The notes: generated from the sequence alone by a model not told the origin. A stretch of 64,000 nucleotides of DNA from Octopus sinensis (GCF_006345805.1 NC_043019.1:6757360-6821359); one strand, 5' to 3'. Shown: positions 1 through 14,223, counted from the first letter of the stretch. Program-made: numbers and translations.

Positions 1-283
1 TTGTTATATACATATACATACATATATATATATATATGTATGTATATGTATATAGATATATGTATGTAGGCATATATATATATATATTATATATATATAT
101 ATAGATGTATGAATGTATATATACACACATACATACATATTCATATATATACACGTATGCACATATCAATATACATATATACATACTTAACTATCTATCA
201 ATATATCTGTCTCTCTATCTATATATTTATCTATCTCTCTCTCTGATATGGGGAGTGTCTCTGTGTGTGCGTGGTATGCATGC

Positions 284-320
<37 letters not shown>

Positions 321-849
321 ATATATGATATATATATATATGTTATATATATATATATATATTATATATATTATATCATTATATGTGCATACACCTATGT
401 ATAATTATTCTTATGCTCACATATATTGCTATATATAAATATATGTATTAATATGTGTATTAATATATACACTTATACACAGGAAGTATATGTATATTGA
501 TCAATATATGTAGACGTACGTATATATATATCGTATTTCTCACTGTTTTGCATCATCGCAAATATAAATAGTCAAACATTAATTGATGTATCACACAATA
601 TATTTAAATGGAAAACCGCATACGATGTCTCGTGGAGATATTTGGTATTCGATAGTGACTTCGAATTCAGCCAATATTTTACCTATTTATTGATTCAGCA
701 TTCTCTTCATAAAAAAATATATTTACTACTCTAATTAATTATAATGAATCTATACGTGAATTCACGTGTCAGTAATATGTGACTCACTTCAAGTTTTACT
801 AAATAAAATGATGTGCATTAATATGAGATAAGTAGTTTCCTGTGCCTCT

Positions 850-1160
850 GTGTATGTATGTATGTATGTATGTATGTATGTATGTATGTATGTATGTATG
901 TATGTATGTATGTGTGTATGTATGTATGCATATGTATGTATGTATGTATGTATATATGTATGTATGTATGTATGTATGTGTGTATGTATGTATGTATGTA
1001 TGTATGCCTGTATGTATGTGTGTGTGTATGTATGTATATATGTATGTATTGTATGTATGTATGTGATGTATGTGTAGGTATGTATGGATGTATGTTATGT
1101 ATGTATATATGCATGTATGTTTGCATGTATGTATGTATGTATGTTTGTATGTATGTATCT
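850..1160. repeat. (TATG)n microsatellite, imperfect
   Basis: Direct reading; source of the MYVC/YIHT ORFs. Confidence 0.97.
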
Positions 1161-1200
1161 TTCAATCAATATATCTATCTAACTAGCTAGTAGGTATCTG

Positions 1201-1311
<111 letters not shown>

Positions 1312-2272
1312 TTATACATTCACATATATGTATACACACATATATAAATATATGTACATATGTGCATATATATATATGTTTACATACATTATGTATATGT
1401 ATATATATATGTGTGTGTTTGTATAACTGTATTTGTATATATCCATATACAAACTATATATAGATAAAGACATATATATATATACATACGTACATACGTA
1501 CATACACACATACATATACTACATACATACATACATACATACATACACACATACATACATACATACATACATACATAATACATACCACACATACTACATA
1601 CAGTTAATACATAATACATCAATACATACAACATAAAAACATACATACATGCACTCATACAGTTTACGCATATACATGCTGTCATTTCCGTATAATTTAT
1701 AGAATTCGATGTTTTTTATATGTTTATTCTACTTTAACATAATTTTTTATTTCGTTATTTCTCGATCACATGCAATAAACATAATTAGTAATAATATGAT
1801 TATTATGATATTTCTAAAATATTAAAAGAAAACAAGCGATTGTTTTTGATTTTGATGCTGGGGTGAACGTGAGGCAACGCTTTTGAATAATTCGTATGTT
1901 CACATACAAACACATACGCCTCTCTCTCTATATATATATAGACGTACGTATGTATATATGTACATATATGTTTATATATATAAATATATGTATAAATATT
2001 ATGATATATATATATATATTATATATATATATATTTATATATGTATGTATATATATATAGCGTGACAGAGAGAGAGAGAGAGCAGAGAGAGAGAGAGAGA
2101 TAAGTGTGTGTTGTATTTGTATGTATAATCGAGTGATGGTGCGAGGTACATGGACAGATAATAGTGATATAATGAAGACAAATGCAATCTGTCTATTACT
2201 GTATATTATCAATATGCATATATACAGATATATATATATATATATATATAATATATATATAATATAATATAT

Positions 2273-2323
<51 letters not shown>

Positions 2324-2559
2324 GTTACATATATATATATATACATATACATATTATACTATATATAGATATATATAATATATACAAAACACACACAAAA
2401 CATATATTACAATATATATACATGTATACGTATATATATATAAGCACATATATATACATTATATACATATATGTATGAATATATATCCAAATACTTATGT
2501 ATATCTATCTATCTATCTGTATCTATCAATTTATCAATCAATCTATAATATATATATAT

Positions 2560-2577
2560 ACAGATAGATAGATATAG

Positions 2578-2651
<74 letters not shown>

Positions 2652-2680
2652 GGATATATCGATAGATAGATAGATTGATA
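2560..2680. repeat. (GATA)n microsatellite
   Basis: Direct reading. Confidence 0.95.
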
Positions 2681-3119
2681 TGTGCGCACATATTTATGTA
2701 TGTATGCATGAATGTATGTGTAGATGTACGTGCGTATATATGTGTGTTATATTATGAACGTGAAAGTTGTTTTTCTGTGCCGACGCTTCAACGAGCACAC
2801 TTCCGGTTCAATGCATTTCCCGCAGACATTTTGCTTTTTATTATTTACATCGTTGTTTTGATCGTCGGCGGTGGCGTTACTCGTCATGATGTTGTGTCTG
2901 CCATGTTTAAACTTGTACCAGCGTAGGCTAACAAATGCAATCTTCCATGTTCTTAGGCATATGTTTTTTAATGCAGACCAACAACGTAAGCCTGACCAGG
3001 ATGGGAAACGAACTGAGATGGCTGCGCCCACCTCGCATCGGAGACTTATTAATCAATTTAAACTATAAGACATCAGCCATTGCATCAGCTGTGTCATCAA
3101 CTAAAACAACAGCACAATA

Positions 3120-3136
3120 TACTACTACTACTACTA

Positions 3137-3181
<45 letters not shown>

Positions 3182-3519
3182 GGCTGCTGCTTGCTAATCG
3201 GTCTAATCATATTTTCGTTTTGTGATCTCGATATTGCAAGTCTAAGCATGTGAGGAATTATCAGATTTAATATAATTATTAACGCTTCCTTCGTAACCAT
3301 CATCATCACCAACATGACCATCATCATCATCAACATCACCATCACCATCATCATCATCATCATCACCATCAGTAGCAGCGTCTTCATCATTGTTATCATC
3401 ATAATCATCGTCATCATTATGATCATTATGATCACAATCTGTCGGAGATGGATTAATACCATCACTATGATCATTTATTTTTTTATTAATCATTATTATC
3501 ATATCACTCTTAATACTAC

Positions 3520-3573
<54 letters not shown>

Positions 3574-3621
3574 TATTATTATTATTATTATTATCATTAT
3601 TATTGTTATTATCATCATCAA

Positions 3622-3660
<39 letters not shown>

Positions 3661-3960
3661 TATTATTATTATCATTATTATTATTATTATCATCATCATC
3701 ATCATCATTATCATTATTATTATTATTAATTATTATCATTATTATTATTATTATTAATTATTATTATTATTATTATTATTATTATTGTTGTTGTTATTAT
3801 TATTATCACGATGAAAGCATAAACATCGGGATGGGTTTCATTACATGTTCACTTTTTTCCTCAATTTTCTAACAATCACGTTCGTTATCCTGCTCCTCCT
3901 CCTCCTCCCCCTCCTCCTCCTCCTCCTCCTCATCATCATCATCATCATCATCATGCTACT
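3120..3960. repeat. Compound trinucleotide field (CTA/CAT/TAT/CTC)n
   Basis: Direct reading; poly-I/D/N/H ORFs are artefacts of it. Confidence 0.93.
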
Positions 3961-4269
3961 GTTTTCTAATCGTTTACAGCATTTTATTTTTCGTAAAATT
4001 TCAACTAATATGGCGGATTGTGGTTTTTGTCGTCGATGTCGTTGTTAATGGTTGTCGCTGTTATAAAGTTCTTCTTCCTGTTGCTTTTTGTAAATAATTG
4101 CATAGCATAAAACATAACATGGACATTATTGTCAAAATAATCACGTGCCGGCCGATCATTTAGTCATCATACATATTGCAATTTAAACATTATATCCGCC
4201 ATACTAATCAAAACACTTTTATGTGTGCGCCTGTAGTTATGCACACATATACATATATGTCTTTTAGAC

Positions 4270-4465
4270 TTTTACTTGTTTCAGTCATTTGACTGTGGCC
4301 ATGCTGGAACACCGCCTTTAGTCGAGCAAATCGACTCCAGGACTTATTTTTTGTAAGCTTCGTACTTATTCTATCAGTCACTTTTGCCTAACCGCTAAGT
4401 TACGGGGACGTAAATACACCAGCATCGGTTGTCAAGCGATGTTGGGGGGACAAACACAGACACAT

Positions 4466-4510
<45 letters not shown>
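4270..4510 (-). mobile_element. CORE-type tRNA SINE (family A), 3' half only
   Basis: Reverse complement of the 3' half of the complete copy at 23773-24188 (CAGTCATTTGACTGTGGCCATGCTGG...GGGGGACAAACAC); ends in a CA repeat. Confidence 0.88.
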
Positions 4511-4512
<2 letters not shown>

Positions 4513-5219
4513 AACACACACACACACAGCATCAAACGTGCATAGTATTATACTGAAGCGAGAAAGCCATAATAGTGTTACCCAAGGTTTCATGCAAGCG
4601 ATCAGCAGACAGCTGTGAGAAATATCAAAAACGAAATATTGTTTTATACTAGGTTCGGTTTTTGGATTGGTATGTATATCCGCTTTGTTATGCACGTATG
4701 TGTACATATGTGTAAATGTGTACGCGTATGTGTGTGTATGTGTATATGTGTGTGTGTATGTGTATATGTGTGTGTGTGGTGAAGATGATGGTGATGATGT
4801 TGACGATGCGGCGACGACGACGACGACAACGATGATAATGATGAAAGTATAGAAGAAGAAGGAGGAGGAGGAGGAAGAGGAGGAGAAGAAGAAGAAAAAG
4901 AAGAAGAGGAGGAAGAAGAACATGATGAAGAAGAAAGGGAAAACGATGAAGGAGAAAAGAATATGAATATGAAGAAGCGGACGAAGCGGAAGAAGAGAAG
5001 AAAAAAAGAAGAAAAACAAGAAGAAAAATAAGACATGATGAAGGTGATGGTGATGATTATGATGATGATGATGATGATGATGATGGCGGCGACGTCAACG
5101 ACCGATGATGATGATGATGATGCTGGCGCTGTTGATTTCGCCCAACGCTCTAAGTATTCCGATCAGTTATAGCTTCGGACCATTTGCGTTATCATCATTG
5201 GAGACATTGATCTCGTTGA

Positions 5220-5252
<33 letters not shown>

Positions 5253-5253
<1 letters not shown>

Positions 5254-5419
5254 TATGTTTGACTTTTGCTTTATATTTGTACAAGTTGGCTCCAAGTCTC
5301 ACCCAGAGACCTCAAGAGACAACAGGTTGGAAGTTCATGTTGTTGTTATGCCTAGAGTGCCATATATTAGGGGGTTGTTTCGGTGTTGTACGAGTGAATG
5401 TCCCCCCAAAAAAACCGAA
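5253..5419 (-). mobile_element. R4/Dong-like non-LTR retrotransposon, 3'UTR-only copy in (TAA)n
   Basis: Diverged copy of the 3'UTR of 5532-5812; (TAT)n on both sides. Confidence 0.75.
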
Positions 5420-5437
5420 AATTATTATTATTATTAA

Positions 5438-5504
<67 letters not shown>

Positions 5505-5531
5505 CTTATTATAATTATTATTATTATTATT

Positions 5532-5808
5532 CTATGTTTGACTTTTGCTTTATATTTGTACAAGTTGGCTCCAAGTCTCACCCAGAGACCTCAAGAGACA
5601 ACAGGTTGGAAGTTCACGTTGTTGTTATGCCTAGTGTACCATATATTTGGGGTTTTATTTTGGTGTTGTACTTGTGAATGTCTAATACATAAATTTTTTT
5701 TAAAAAATTGTTTTAAACCTTGGGATTACATAGAGAGTATTTTGCGTAGGATATGAGCTGTTCCCATGAGCACTATCTCTTGAATTTCTGCCATTTTGGG
5801 GTTTCCTG

Positions 5809-5812
<4 letters not shown>
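5532..5812 (-). mobile_element. R4/Dong-like (restriction-like endonuclease class) non-LTR 3' end in (TAA)n
   Basis: Minus strand 5812-5726 reads IPGNPKMAEIQEIVLMGTAHILRKILSM*, resembling the QKxVLLGTAxILRxVL C-terminus of R4/Dong ORFs (recalled motif); then ~195 nt 3'UTR and an AAT run. Confidence 0.78.
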
Positions 5813-5843
<31 letters not shown>

Positions 5844-5850
5844 ATTATTA

Positions 5851-5887
<37 letters not shown>

Positions 5888-5968
5888 CATTATTATTATC
5901 ATTATTATTATTATTATTATTATTATAATTATTATTATTATTATTATTTATTATCATCATCATCATCA

Positions 5969-6025
<57 letters not shown>

Positions 6026-6061
6026 TCTTTTCTTATCATATATTATTATTTATTATTACTA

Positions 6062-6099
<38 letters not shown>

Positions 6100-7243
6100 A
6101 TTATTAATATTATTATTATTGTAGTTGTTGCTTTCTTTGCTGTTGTTAATACTTTATGTTATTGTGTCTTTTCACGTTCCTAAATCCGGTGATTTCTATA
6201 AAATTTAATCTATAATTCTGAAGGTATCCTAATTCGCTAAATTCCACTTCCGGTATTAATACTCCATTTTCACCAATATACTTAATGCTGTCCCAATTCT
6301 TATCATCAATTATTCGCTTTTTATTTCTCTTACATTTCGCTAATTATACCGTTCACAGCTTCCTGTTGTCAACTTCGTTCAGTAATTGTTTAAACCACGT
6401 GGCCTTCGCGTCGCTAATTTTTCTCATTCGATACAAACGTCTTTCTCTAGAAATTATTGTGGCCAACATTTTAATATTCCGAAATTCCTCTCTCATTAGC
6501 CACGACTTCCCCACACCCGTGCCTCCGTATCTCACTCACTCTTTCTCTCATTGTCTATCTGTCTCTCTCCCTCTCACTATCACCTCTCTCTCCATTTCTC
6601 TCCTCCTCTCTCTGTCTCTGTCGTTCTCACTGAATGTTCTACGGTCCGGTTCATTAATCCTTTAATTCTTTAATTCTAAGAATCTCCAGTCGAATAATTC
6701 TTTCCTTCTATAATTCCTTGCCTTGCGTGGTTATATTTTCAACTAATGTAATTCCGTATTAATTCTTCAGTTATCAAAGACCAATCAATGTTTCTTTGAT
6801 TTCTTTTTCTTTTTTTTTATACTCGACCGATTCTCTGATTCTGAAGTACTTTAATTTTTTTCGATATTTATAACTTGGCTGCGCACTCACAGGCACAGAC
6901 ACACACACACACATACACACACACACACACAGAGAGAAATACACACAAATACACACACACACACACTCAAACACACACAGAAACACACACAAATACACAC
7001 ACACACACACATACACACACAAACGCAAACAAAGACACAGATAGACAAACACACACACATAGGCCTGTGCCTTGAGAAGAAAAGAATATCTACGCATTTC
7101 AAGGCGGCGAGCAGGCAAACACGCACACACGCACATCACACATGCACACACACACATATATATGCAATATATATATATATGCTTAGCAATATATGTGTGT
7201 GTGTGTGCATCTGTATGTGTGCATGTATGTGTGTGTGTGTAGA

Positions 7244-7552
7244 GGTGCAATGGTGCACTCGTTAGGGCAGCGGACTTAACAGTCGTAGGATGGTGCTTTC
7301 GAATCCCAGACCTGGCGTTGTGAGTGTTTATTGAGCGAAAATACATAAAACTCCACGAGGCTCCGGCAGGAGTGGGGGCGATCCCTGCTGTACTCTTTCG
7401 TCACAACTTTCTCTCACTGTCTCCTATTGGCCTGCTCGCTTAGCCAGCGGGGTGGTGTCATTTGAAGGCTAAAAAAAATCAATGCGAAGCGTATTGTGAC
7501 CAGTGATGTGTAGCAACATCTGATAGCCTGGTCGGTCACATGACCCCGTGAT
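7244..7552 (+). mobile_element. tRNA-derived SINE (family C)
   Basis: A-box-like GGTGCAATGGTGCACTCGTTAGG and B-box-like TTCGAATCCC, followed by a non-tRNA body; not a foldable tRNA. Confidence 0.7.
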
Positions 7553-8643
7553 ATATATATATATAGCTCAGCAAAATTTAGATTCAAATGTATATGGTAC
7601 TTAAGGTAGATGCACCAGAATTTTATATGGTGTTATTCATATAAATCCATGGGGTGATTATAATCAAAATAAGCAACAAGAATGTCTTCGGTAATTTGGT
7701 ATGATTGTTTCATGCTATATCATTATTTTATTAAGCATTGTATGTATTACAACACTTTTAAAATGTTGAGCAATCATCAGCCATTTATAGAGAGTTTCCA
7801 TTAATACATATTTTTCTATTAATTGATAACATTATAAAGAGGGTAGATATATAGACAGAGATGTCGATTTGAATTTTTAAAAAAATTTTTACTCTCTCCT
7901 GTTCGAAAATATAAGGGCACGGATATTGAATCGTAAAGCCAGCTGGAAGCGAGGTTTCCTGGGGCTAAACAGTAACATTCATCCTGTCCAGGACAGCCAA
8001 ATAATGTAGGCAAATAGTTTTCACTTTAAAGTACTCTTACTATATATCTCACTTAAAAGATTTAGAAATCATAATGTTTCTATTTGGCAAATCAGTAACT
8101 GTGTTTCACATTTAAATTTAAATTTAGCTGCACTGCCTAGCCGAGGAGCTACTCTGCGCTGATAAAGTGCAATAACCCAGAAACCGACTCGCAGATGTTG
8201 TTTTGTGCTAGATGGGGGTGCAGTGCTCCCCTATTCGAAAATATAAGGACACAGATATTGAATCGTATAGGTAGCAGGTAACGACGTTTCCTGGGGCTAA
8301 AAAACAGTAACATTCGTTCCATCCGGGAGGGACCATGTTATGTTGGCAAATACTCATTATCGTTCTTTGAGAGATTTAGAAATATGAACGTGCGTATATC
8401 TATATACATATAAATATACGAATATATGTATATAGAAATCTATATATATGTTTGTATATATGTATATGTATGTCTATATATACTTATGGTGGTAGTGGTG
8501 TTTGTTGTAATGATGACGATGATGATGATGATGTTGGTGCTGTGGTTGTTGTTGTTGGTGGTGGTGCTAATACTGCTGTTGAACGAATTCCGCAAGGTGT
8601 CTCGACCGACGCTCCTCTCACAGCAAGAGAATGTGTGTGCGTG

Positions 8644-8725
<82 letters not shown>

Positions 8726-9149
8726 GAGAGAGACAGACAGACAGAGAGGGAGAGAGAAATAATAACAGAGACAGACAGACAGACGGACAGGCAGAAAGGC
8801 AGGCGGATAGACAGACTGGCAGAGAAAGAAGTACCAAATCATAGCCCGACTTAGCATTTTCGCCATGTGTTGTGCGAATTTCCTTTCAGTTTTTCGTACC
8901 CCTTGAATTGAATTGCTTTGTTTTTCTGACATTCAAGGTCAAGCATTTCATACTCGTTATGACCCTCACGCGTTGAGATTTTGTTGCACTGTAACAGCGT
9001 AAAGAGGGTTAAAGTAATTAAATGGGTTCATTGTTTTTGTTTTTTTTCTCTCTTTAAGATAGAAGGTTTTGATTTGAGGGTGTTTATGTTTGCTATTTCA
9101 AGTTGATATCGCGAACACGAAGAAGTTTCTAATGGCAAATTTGTGCTAA

Positions 9150-9760
9150 AGATAATGAAAACAGGGACGAAGACGACGACGACGAAGATGATAATGATGA
9201 TGGTAATGATGATGATGATAATGATTGATGATGATTGATGATGATGTATAATGATTTTGATGATGATGATGATGATTGATGATGGTATTAATGATGATGA
9301 TGGATGATGATAATGATGGATTGACGATGATGATGATGATGGTGATGATGATGATGGTGGTGGTGGTGGTTGTGGTGCTGGTGGTGGTGACGTTGGTGGT
9401 GGTTGTAATGATGATGATGATGACGACGATAATGGCGATGAAGATGATGATAATGATGGTTGTGGTGGTGGTGGTGGTGGTGACGGTGTTGGCGGTTGTA
9501 ATGATGATGATGATGAACATATTGACGATGGAGATGGTGAAGGCGCTTCAGGTGGTGATGATGAGGGCGATGATGATGTTAGTGCTGTGGTTATTGTTGA
9601 TGTTGGTGGTGGAGATACTGCTGCTGTTGATGCTGATCTTGGTGATATTTGTGATGATGCTCGCTTTGATGCTGCTGCTGCTGCTGCTGCTAATGATGAT
9701 GATTATGATGATGATGATGAGGAGGAGGGTGATGATGATGTCGTAGTGGTTATGAGGAAG

Positions 9761-9791
<31 letters not shown>

Positions 9792-9960
9792 CGTGATGGT
9801 GATGAGGAAGAGGATGAGGATGAGGATGATGACGTGGTGGTGATGAGGAAGAGGATGAGGATGAGGATGATGACGTGGTGGTGATGAGGAAGAGGAGGAG
9901 GATAAAGATGATGATGATGATGATGATAGTGTTGATGATTATGATGATGATAATGATAAC
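9150..9960. repeat. Degenerate (GAT/GGT)n field including a ~40-bp higher-order unit at 9785-9900
   Basis: GATGACGTGGTGGTGATGAGGAAGAGGA recurs about three times. Confidence 0.9.
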
Positions 9961-10137
9961 CCGAATCAATGTAGTAAAATGTGTTAATCACAATTTTTTT
10001 ATTTGTTGTTTTTTTTTGTTTTTTTTTTGTTCCGTTGAGACTTAACTGAAGCAGAATGAGAGCTTAAAATATAAAAAAAAAAATCAAAAACAAAAAAGAA
10101 AACAAGTAACAAAACAAAAAAAGATACATCGATCGAA

Positions 10138-10176
<39 letters not shown>

Positions 10177-10640
10177 ATATACATCTCGAAAAAATAACAC
10201 GAAAAAGAAACAGAAACCAGAGTTTTTAAAAGCTAAAACGAAAAAAAACCTAAAAACATTCTGAGAAATTTAGGTTCAAAGAAATGCAAGAAAAGTAAAA
10301 AAACAAAAGAAAAAAAAGCATTATAAAAATGAGAATGAATAAACAAAAATAGCAGAAACCATGTTCCTGTTTCTATCTCCATCTCAACCCCTCCTATATC
10401 ATGTCTTCAGGCGCCCCATGGTCTGACAGATTTTGCGTGATCGATTTCCCGGTTGTGCATGACTGATTAGCGAAGATCGGTTTCGAAATTTTATGACAAC
10501 AGAAGGAGCACACGTTTGCGTTTGTCGTTCGAGCTGTTAGAAATGATAGCAAATATCTCCCACACGATCATATCCTCTGCCCCTCATGCTCAGTTTTAGT
10601 TTGCATGTATATATATATACATACTATATACATATATATA

Positions 10641-10673
<33 letters not shown>

Positions 10674-10874
10674 AAATCCCCCCAAAAAACAAAAGACGAA
10701 GGCAGGTGGTGTAGACAACAAACACATGTATTAGTATAACGCACTGGAAGTGAAAATGTCTTTAACGTTTCGAGCCTACGTTCATCCACAGAATATAGTA
10801 TATAGGTACATATATTTCATTAATATTATATATATGTATATATATTATATATCTATATTTATTATACCATACAT

Positions 10875-10916
<42 letters not shown>

Positions 10917-11226
10917 ATATATATATATATAGGTGACCAAATATATATATATATATATATATGTATAATATATGGTGTCGGGCGACAACAGAGAGCCCTC
11001 GACTACAACAAGACGACCAAGTTTTTCTTTCCAAGGTTTGGGGTCTCCCGCGATTAAGCCGTAGACTATCACTTAATCACCATTACCCCCCGTCTTGTAG
11101 CTTAACTACAACAACAATCACCAGCAGCAGCAGCAACAGCACCATCGAGACCAATAAAACACCAAGAGAGCTTCAATAGAAACCTATCTATCTCCATGCA
11201 CGCACCATCATTCTCATTTTACAACC

Positions 11227-11415
11227 TATTTCTTTACTACCCAGAAGGGGCTAAACACAGAGAGGGCAAACAAGGACAGACATAGGTATTAAGTCGAATA
11301 CATCGACCCCAGTACGTAACTGGTACTTACTTTATCGACCCCGAAAGGATGAAAGGCAAAGTTGACCTCGGCGGAATTTGAAGCACTTCGCCCGGCGTGC
11401 TAACGATTCTGCCAG
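11227..11415 (-). mobile_element. tRNA SINE (family B), internally deleted, with a 17-bp flanking direct repeat
   Basis: Core ATCGACCCCGAAAGGATGAAAGGCAAAGTTGACCTCGGCGG; ATTCTCATTTTACAACC at 11210-11226 and 11432-11448. Confidence 0.87.
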
Positions 11416-11996
11416 AGTTTATTGGTGATATATTCTCATTTTACAACCGCCACTTCAGTCGCAACGTTAGAGTACCTAAGCACTAACCATTTCTTTCATG
11501 GCCCCACCACCACCACCACCACCACCACCACCATCACCACCACCACCATTAGTAGAATCAACATCAACACCTTCATCAGCATCATCGACGTCAGCAGTAG
11601 AAGCAGTAGTGGTAACGGTGTTTGTGTTAGTTTCGTAATAAAACCTACCACCACCACCACCGACGATGACGCCGACGACGCCGACGCCGCCAGCATTTGG
11701 CCATCACGTCGAAAAAGAAAAAGAAAAGAAAAAAAGCCAAAAAAAAGACTAAACAACAAGACAATATTAAAAGTCTCCGTTAAATGATTAACTGACAACA
11801 GGAATGATCTTAATAATATATTGCAATGGAACAACCAGAACGGCCGACACCACCACCACCACCACCACCAACACCACCGTAACAACAACAACACCACAAC
11901 CACCACCACCATAACAACAACAACAGCAACAACAGCAACGACGACGTACACGGCAATGACAATAAGGACACTGATAAATCAACAAGAGCAACAGTT

Positions 11997-12068
<72 letters not shown>

Positions 12069-12087
12069 ACAGCAGCGCAGCAGCAGC

Positions 12088-12128
<41 letters not shown>

Positions 12129-12551
12129 CAACAGCATAAGAGTAACGAGTAGAAAAAACATAAAATAGAGACTCGCTCAGAAGATTCAAGAATATTGACA
12201 GAAAGGGAAAAAAAAGAAAGAAAAAAATGTGAAATAAAAATAGACGTGTTTGGTTTCGTGTGTGTGTGTGTACATGTGTGAGTGTATGTGCATGTGCGTG
12301 TGTGTGTGTGCACGTGTGTATGCGTATATAGAAGTATTTTTACATATACGAACATATATATATATATATATGTGTGTGTATATAATATATATATATATAT
12401 ATGCATCAACACGCACTCACACACACACATACGTATGTGTATATAAATGTATATACATATACATATATAATATATATATACATATATATATATATTATAT
12501 ATATATATATATATATAATATAAAGATATATATACATAATATAAAGATATA

Positions 12552-12598
<47 letters not shown>

Positions 12599-12840
12599 AA
12601 AGATACATACATACATACATAAATGTATATATATGTGTGGTGTGTGTGTGTGTGTGTGTATGTGTGAGCATGTATGTGTGTATTATGTACATTTGTATTT
12701 ATAGATGTGTCTGTGTGTGAGTGTGTGCGTGTGTTTGTTTGTGTTTATGAGTGTGTGGAGAAGTAGGAGAGGGAAGCGACTTCCAGCCAGACACAACTAA
12801 TGGGACTCGGGTCATACTCATTTGTTACGTCTGGTTGTAG

Positions 12841-13824
12841 ACGGTAATTCTGATGAAGGCATTAACAAGAACGGCAGCCATGACCACCTCAGCATCGCCA
12901 CAAACCTGCATCACCACCACTACCACCACCACCACCACCACGACAAGAACAACAACAACTACCACCACCTCTACCACAACGACGACCACCACCGCCACCA
13001 CCACCACCACCACCACCACCACAACAACAACAATAACTACCACCACCGCTACCACAACCACGACCACCACCACAACCACCACAACCACCACCGCCACCAC
13101 CACGACTATGACCAATACCACCGCTTTCACTAGCAGCACCACCACCACCACATCAGCATCATACACCGCCGCCTCAACAACAAGTACTATATTCAATACT
13201 ACACCGACACGACACTGACTACCAGCATCTTAATCAACTCCATTACCACCACTACTACAACCCAAACCACTACAACTCAAACCACTACAACCAATACTGC
13301 TACTATTACCACTTCCATAGAGACCACCATTTCTAAAAAAAAGACCACCTCTAGCACCACCCCCAGAACTCAGAGCACCATTATTATGACCGCAATCATG
13401 TTATATACCCCAATATCCAACCACTCTACTACTAGCACCGACACAATGAAAATTTTACATTAATACAAGCAATCGGAGCAACAGCAACATGCTATTCTAC
13501 CACAGCAACCATTACGATCGCACACACACCTATATCTAACCACTCTAGTACTATCACCACTACAACCTCACATATCTAGTCTACACTCACCAGAACAAGA
13601 ATATCTTAAGCTAGGATATCCACCATCACCACCGTAAAAGTAACAATATCCTACACTCTTAACAACTGCAGTACTACAGCGTTAACATCATCCAACACCG
13701 CTACTACCACAGTAACGCCAACATAAACAACAAAAGCTACAATAAGCTGCATCCATTCGTACCACCATCGCCACAGATACCACTGGGAAAACGATTCATT
13801 TGAACAATACCATTGTCTAATAAA
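12841..13824 (+). other. Cryptic ACN-rich low-complexity region (Thr-rich or His-rich reading); possible terminal exon or decayed mucin-like sequence
   Basis: AG at 12839-40, open His-rich and Thr-rich frames, AATAAA at 13819-13824. Confidence 0.3.
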
Positions 13825-13926
13825 GCAATGAATGAATTGACCATTCTGTACGATTACTTCGCTGTTCTTTCCGTCTCAGTAACAGGAGCTCTTGTATTGA
13901 TGAAACGGTGTGGATCTTTTAGAAAT

Positions 13927-14212
13927 TGGCATTCCGTCGGTAGCGGCGATGAGTGTTCGAGTTGATCTGACCAAAGGAACAACCCTGCTCGTGAAATTAA
14001 CGTCCAAGTGCCTGAGCACTCCACAGGCACGTGCATCTCTAAACACTGTTGTTACTCAGAATGTAACTAGACCGGGGCATTGAATTATAGGCACAACTCA
14101 TGTTTACCAGCTGATTGGACAGGAGTCACGTGAGATAAGGCGTCTTTCTGAAGGACATAATGCACTGCCACGAATCGAACACACGACCTTACGACTGTAA
14201 GCCGAATACACT
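13927..14212 (-). mobile_element. tRNA SINE (family D, tentatively Ceph-SINE-like)
   Basis: CTCGTGAAATTAACGT...CAGCTGATTGGAC...GAATCGAAC (reverse B box); shared with 14224-14514 and 61801-62050. Confidence 0.78.
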
Positions 14213-14223
14213 GGTACTGCGTC

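Noticed and set aside
6353-6535. Walker A-like YGGTGVGKSW in a 60-aa minus-strand ORF
   Set aside because: No Walker B or SF3 motifs follow, upstream is a GA microsatellite, and there are no convincing splice sites; probably chance.
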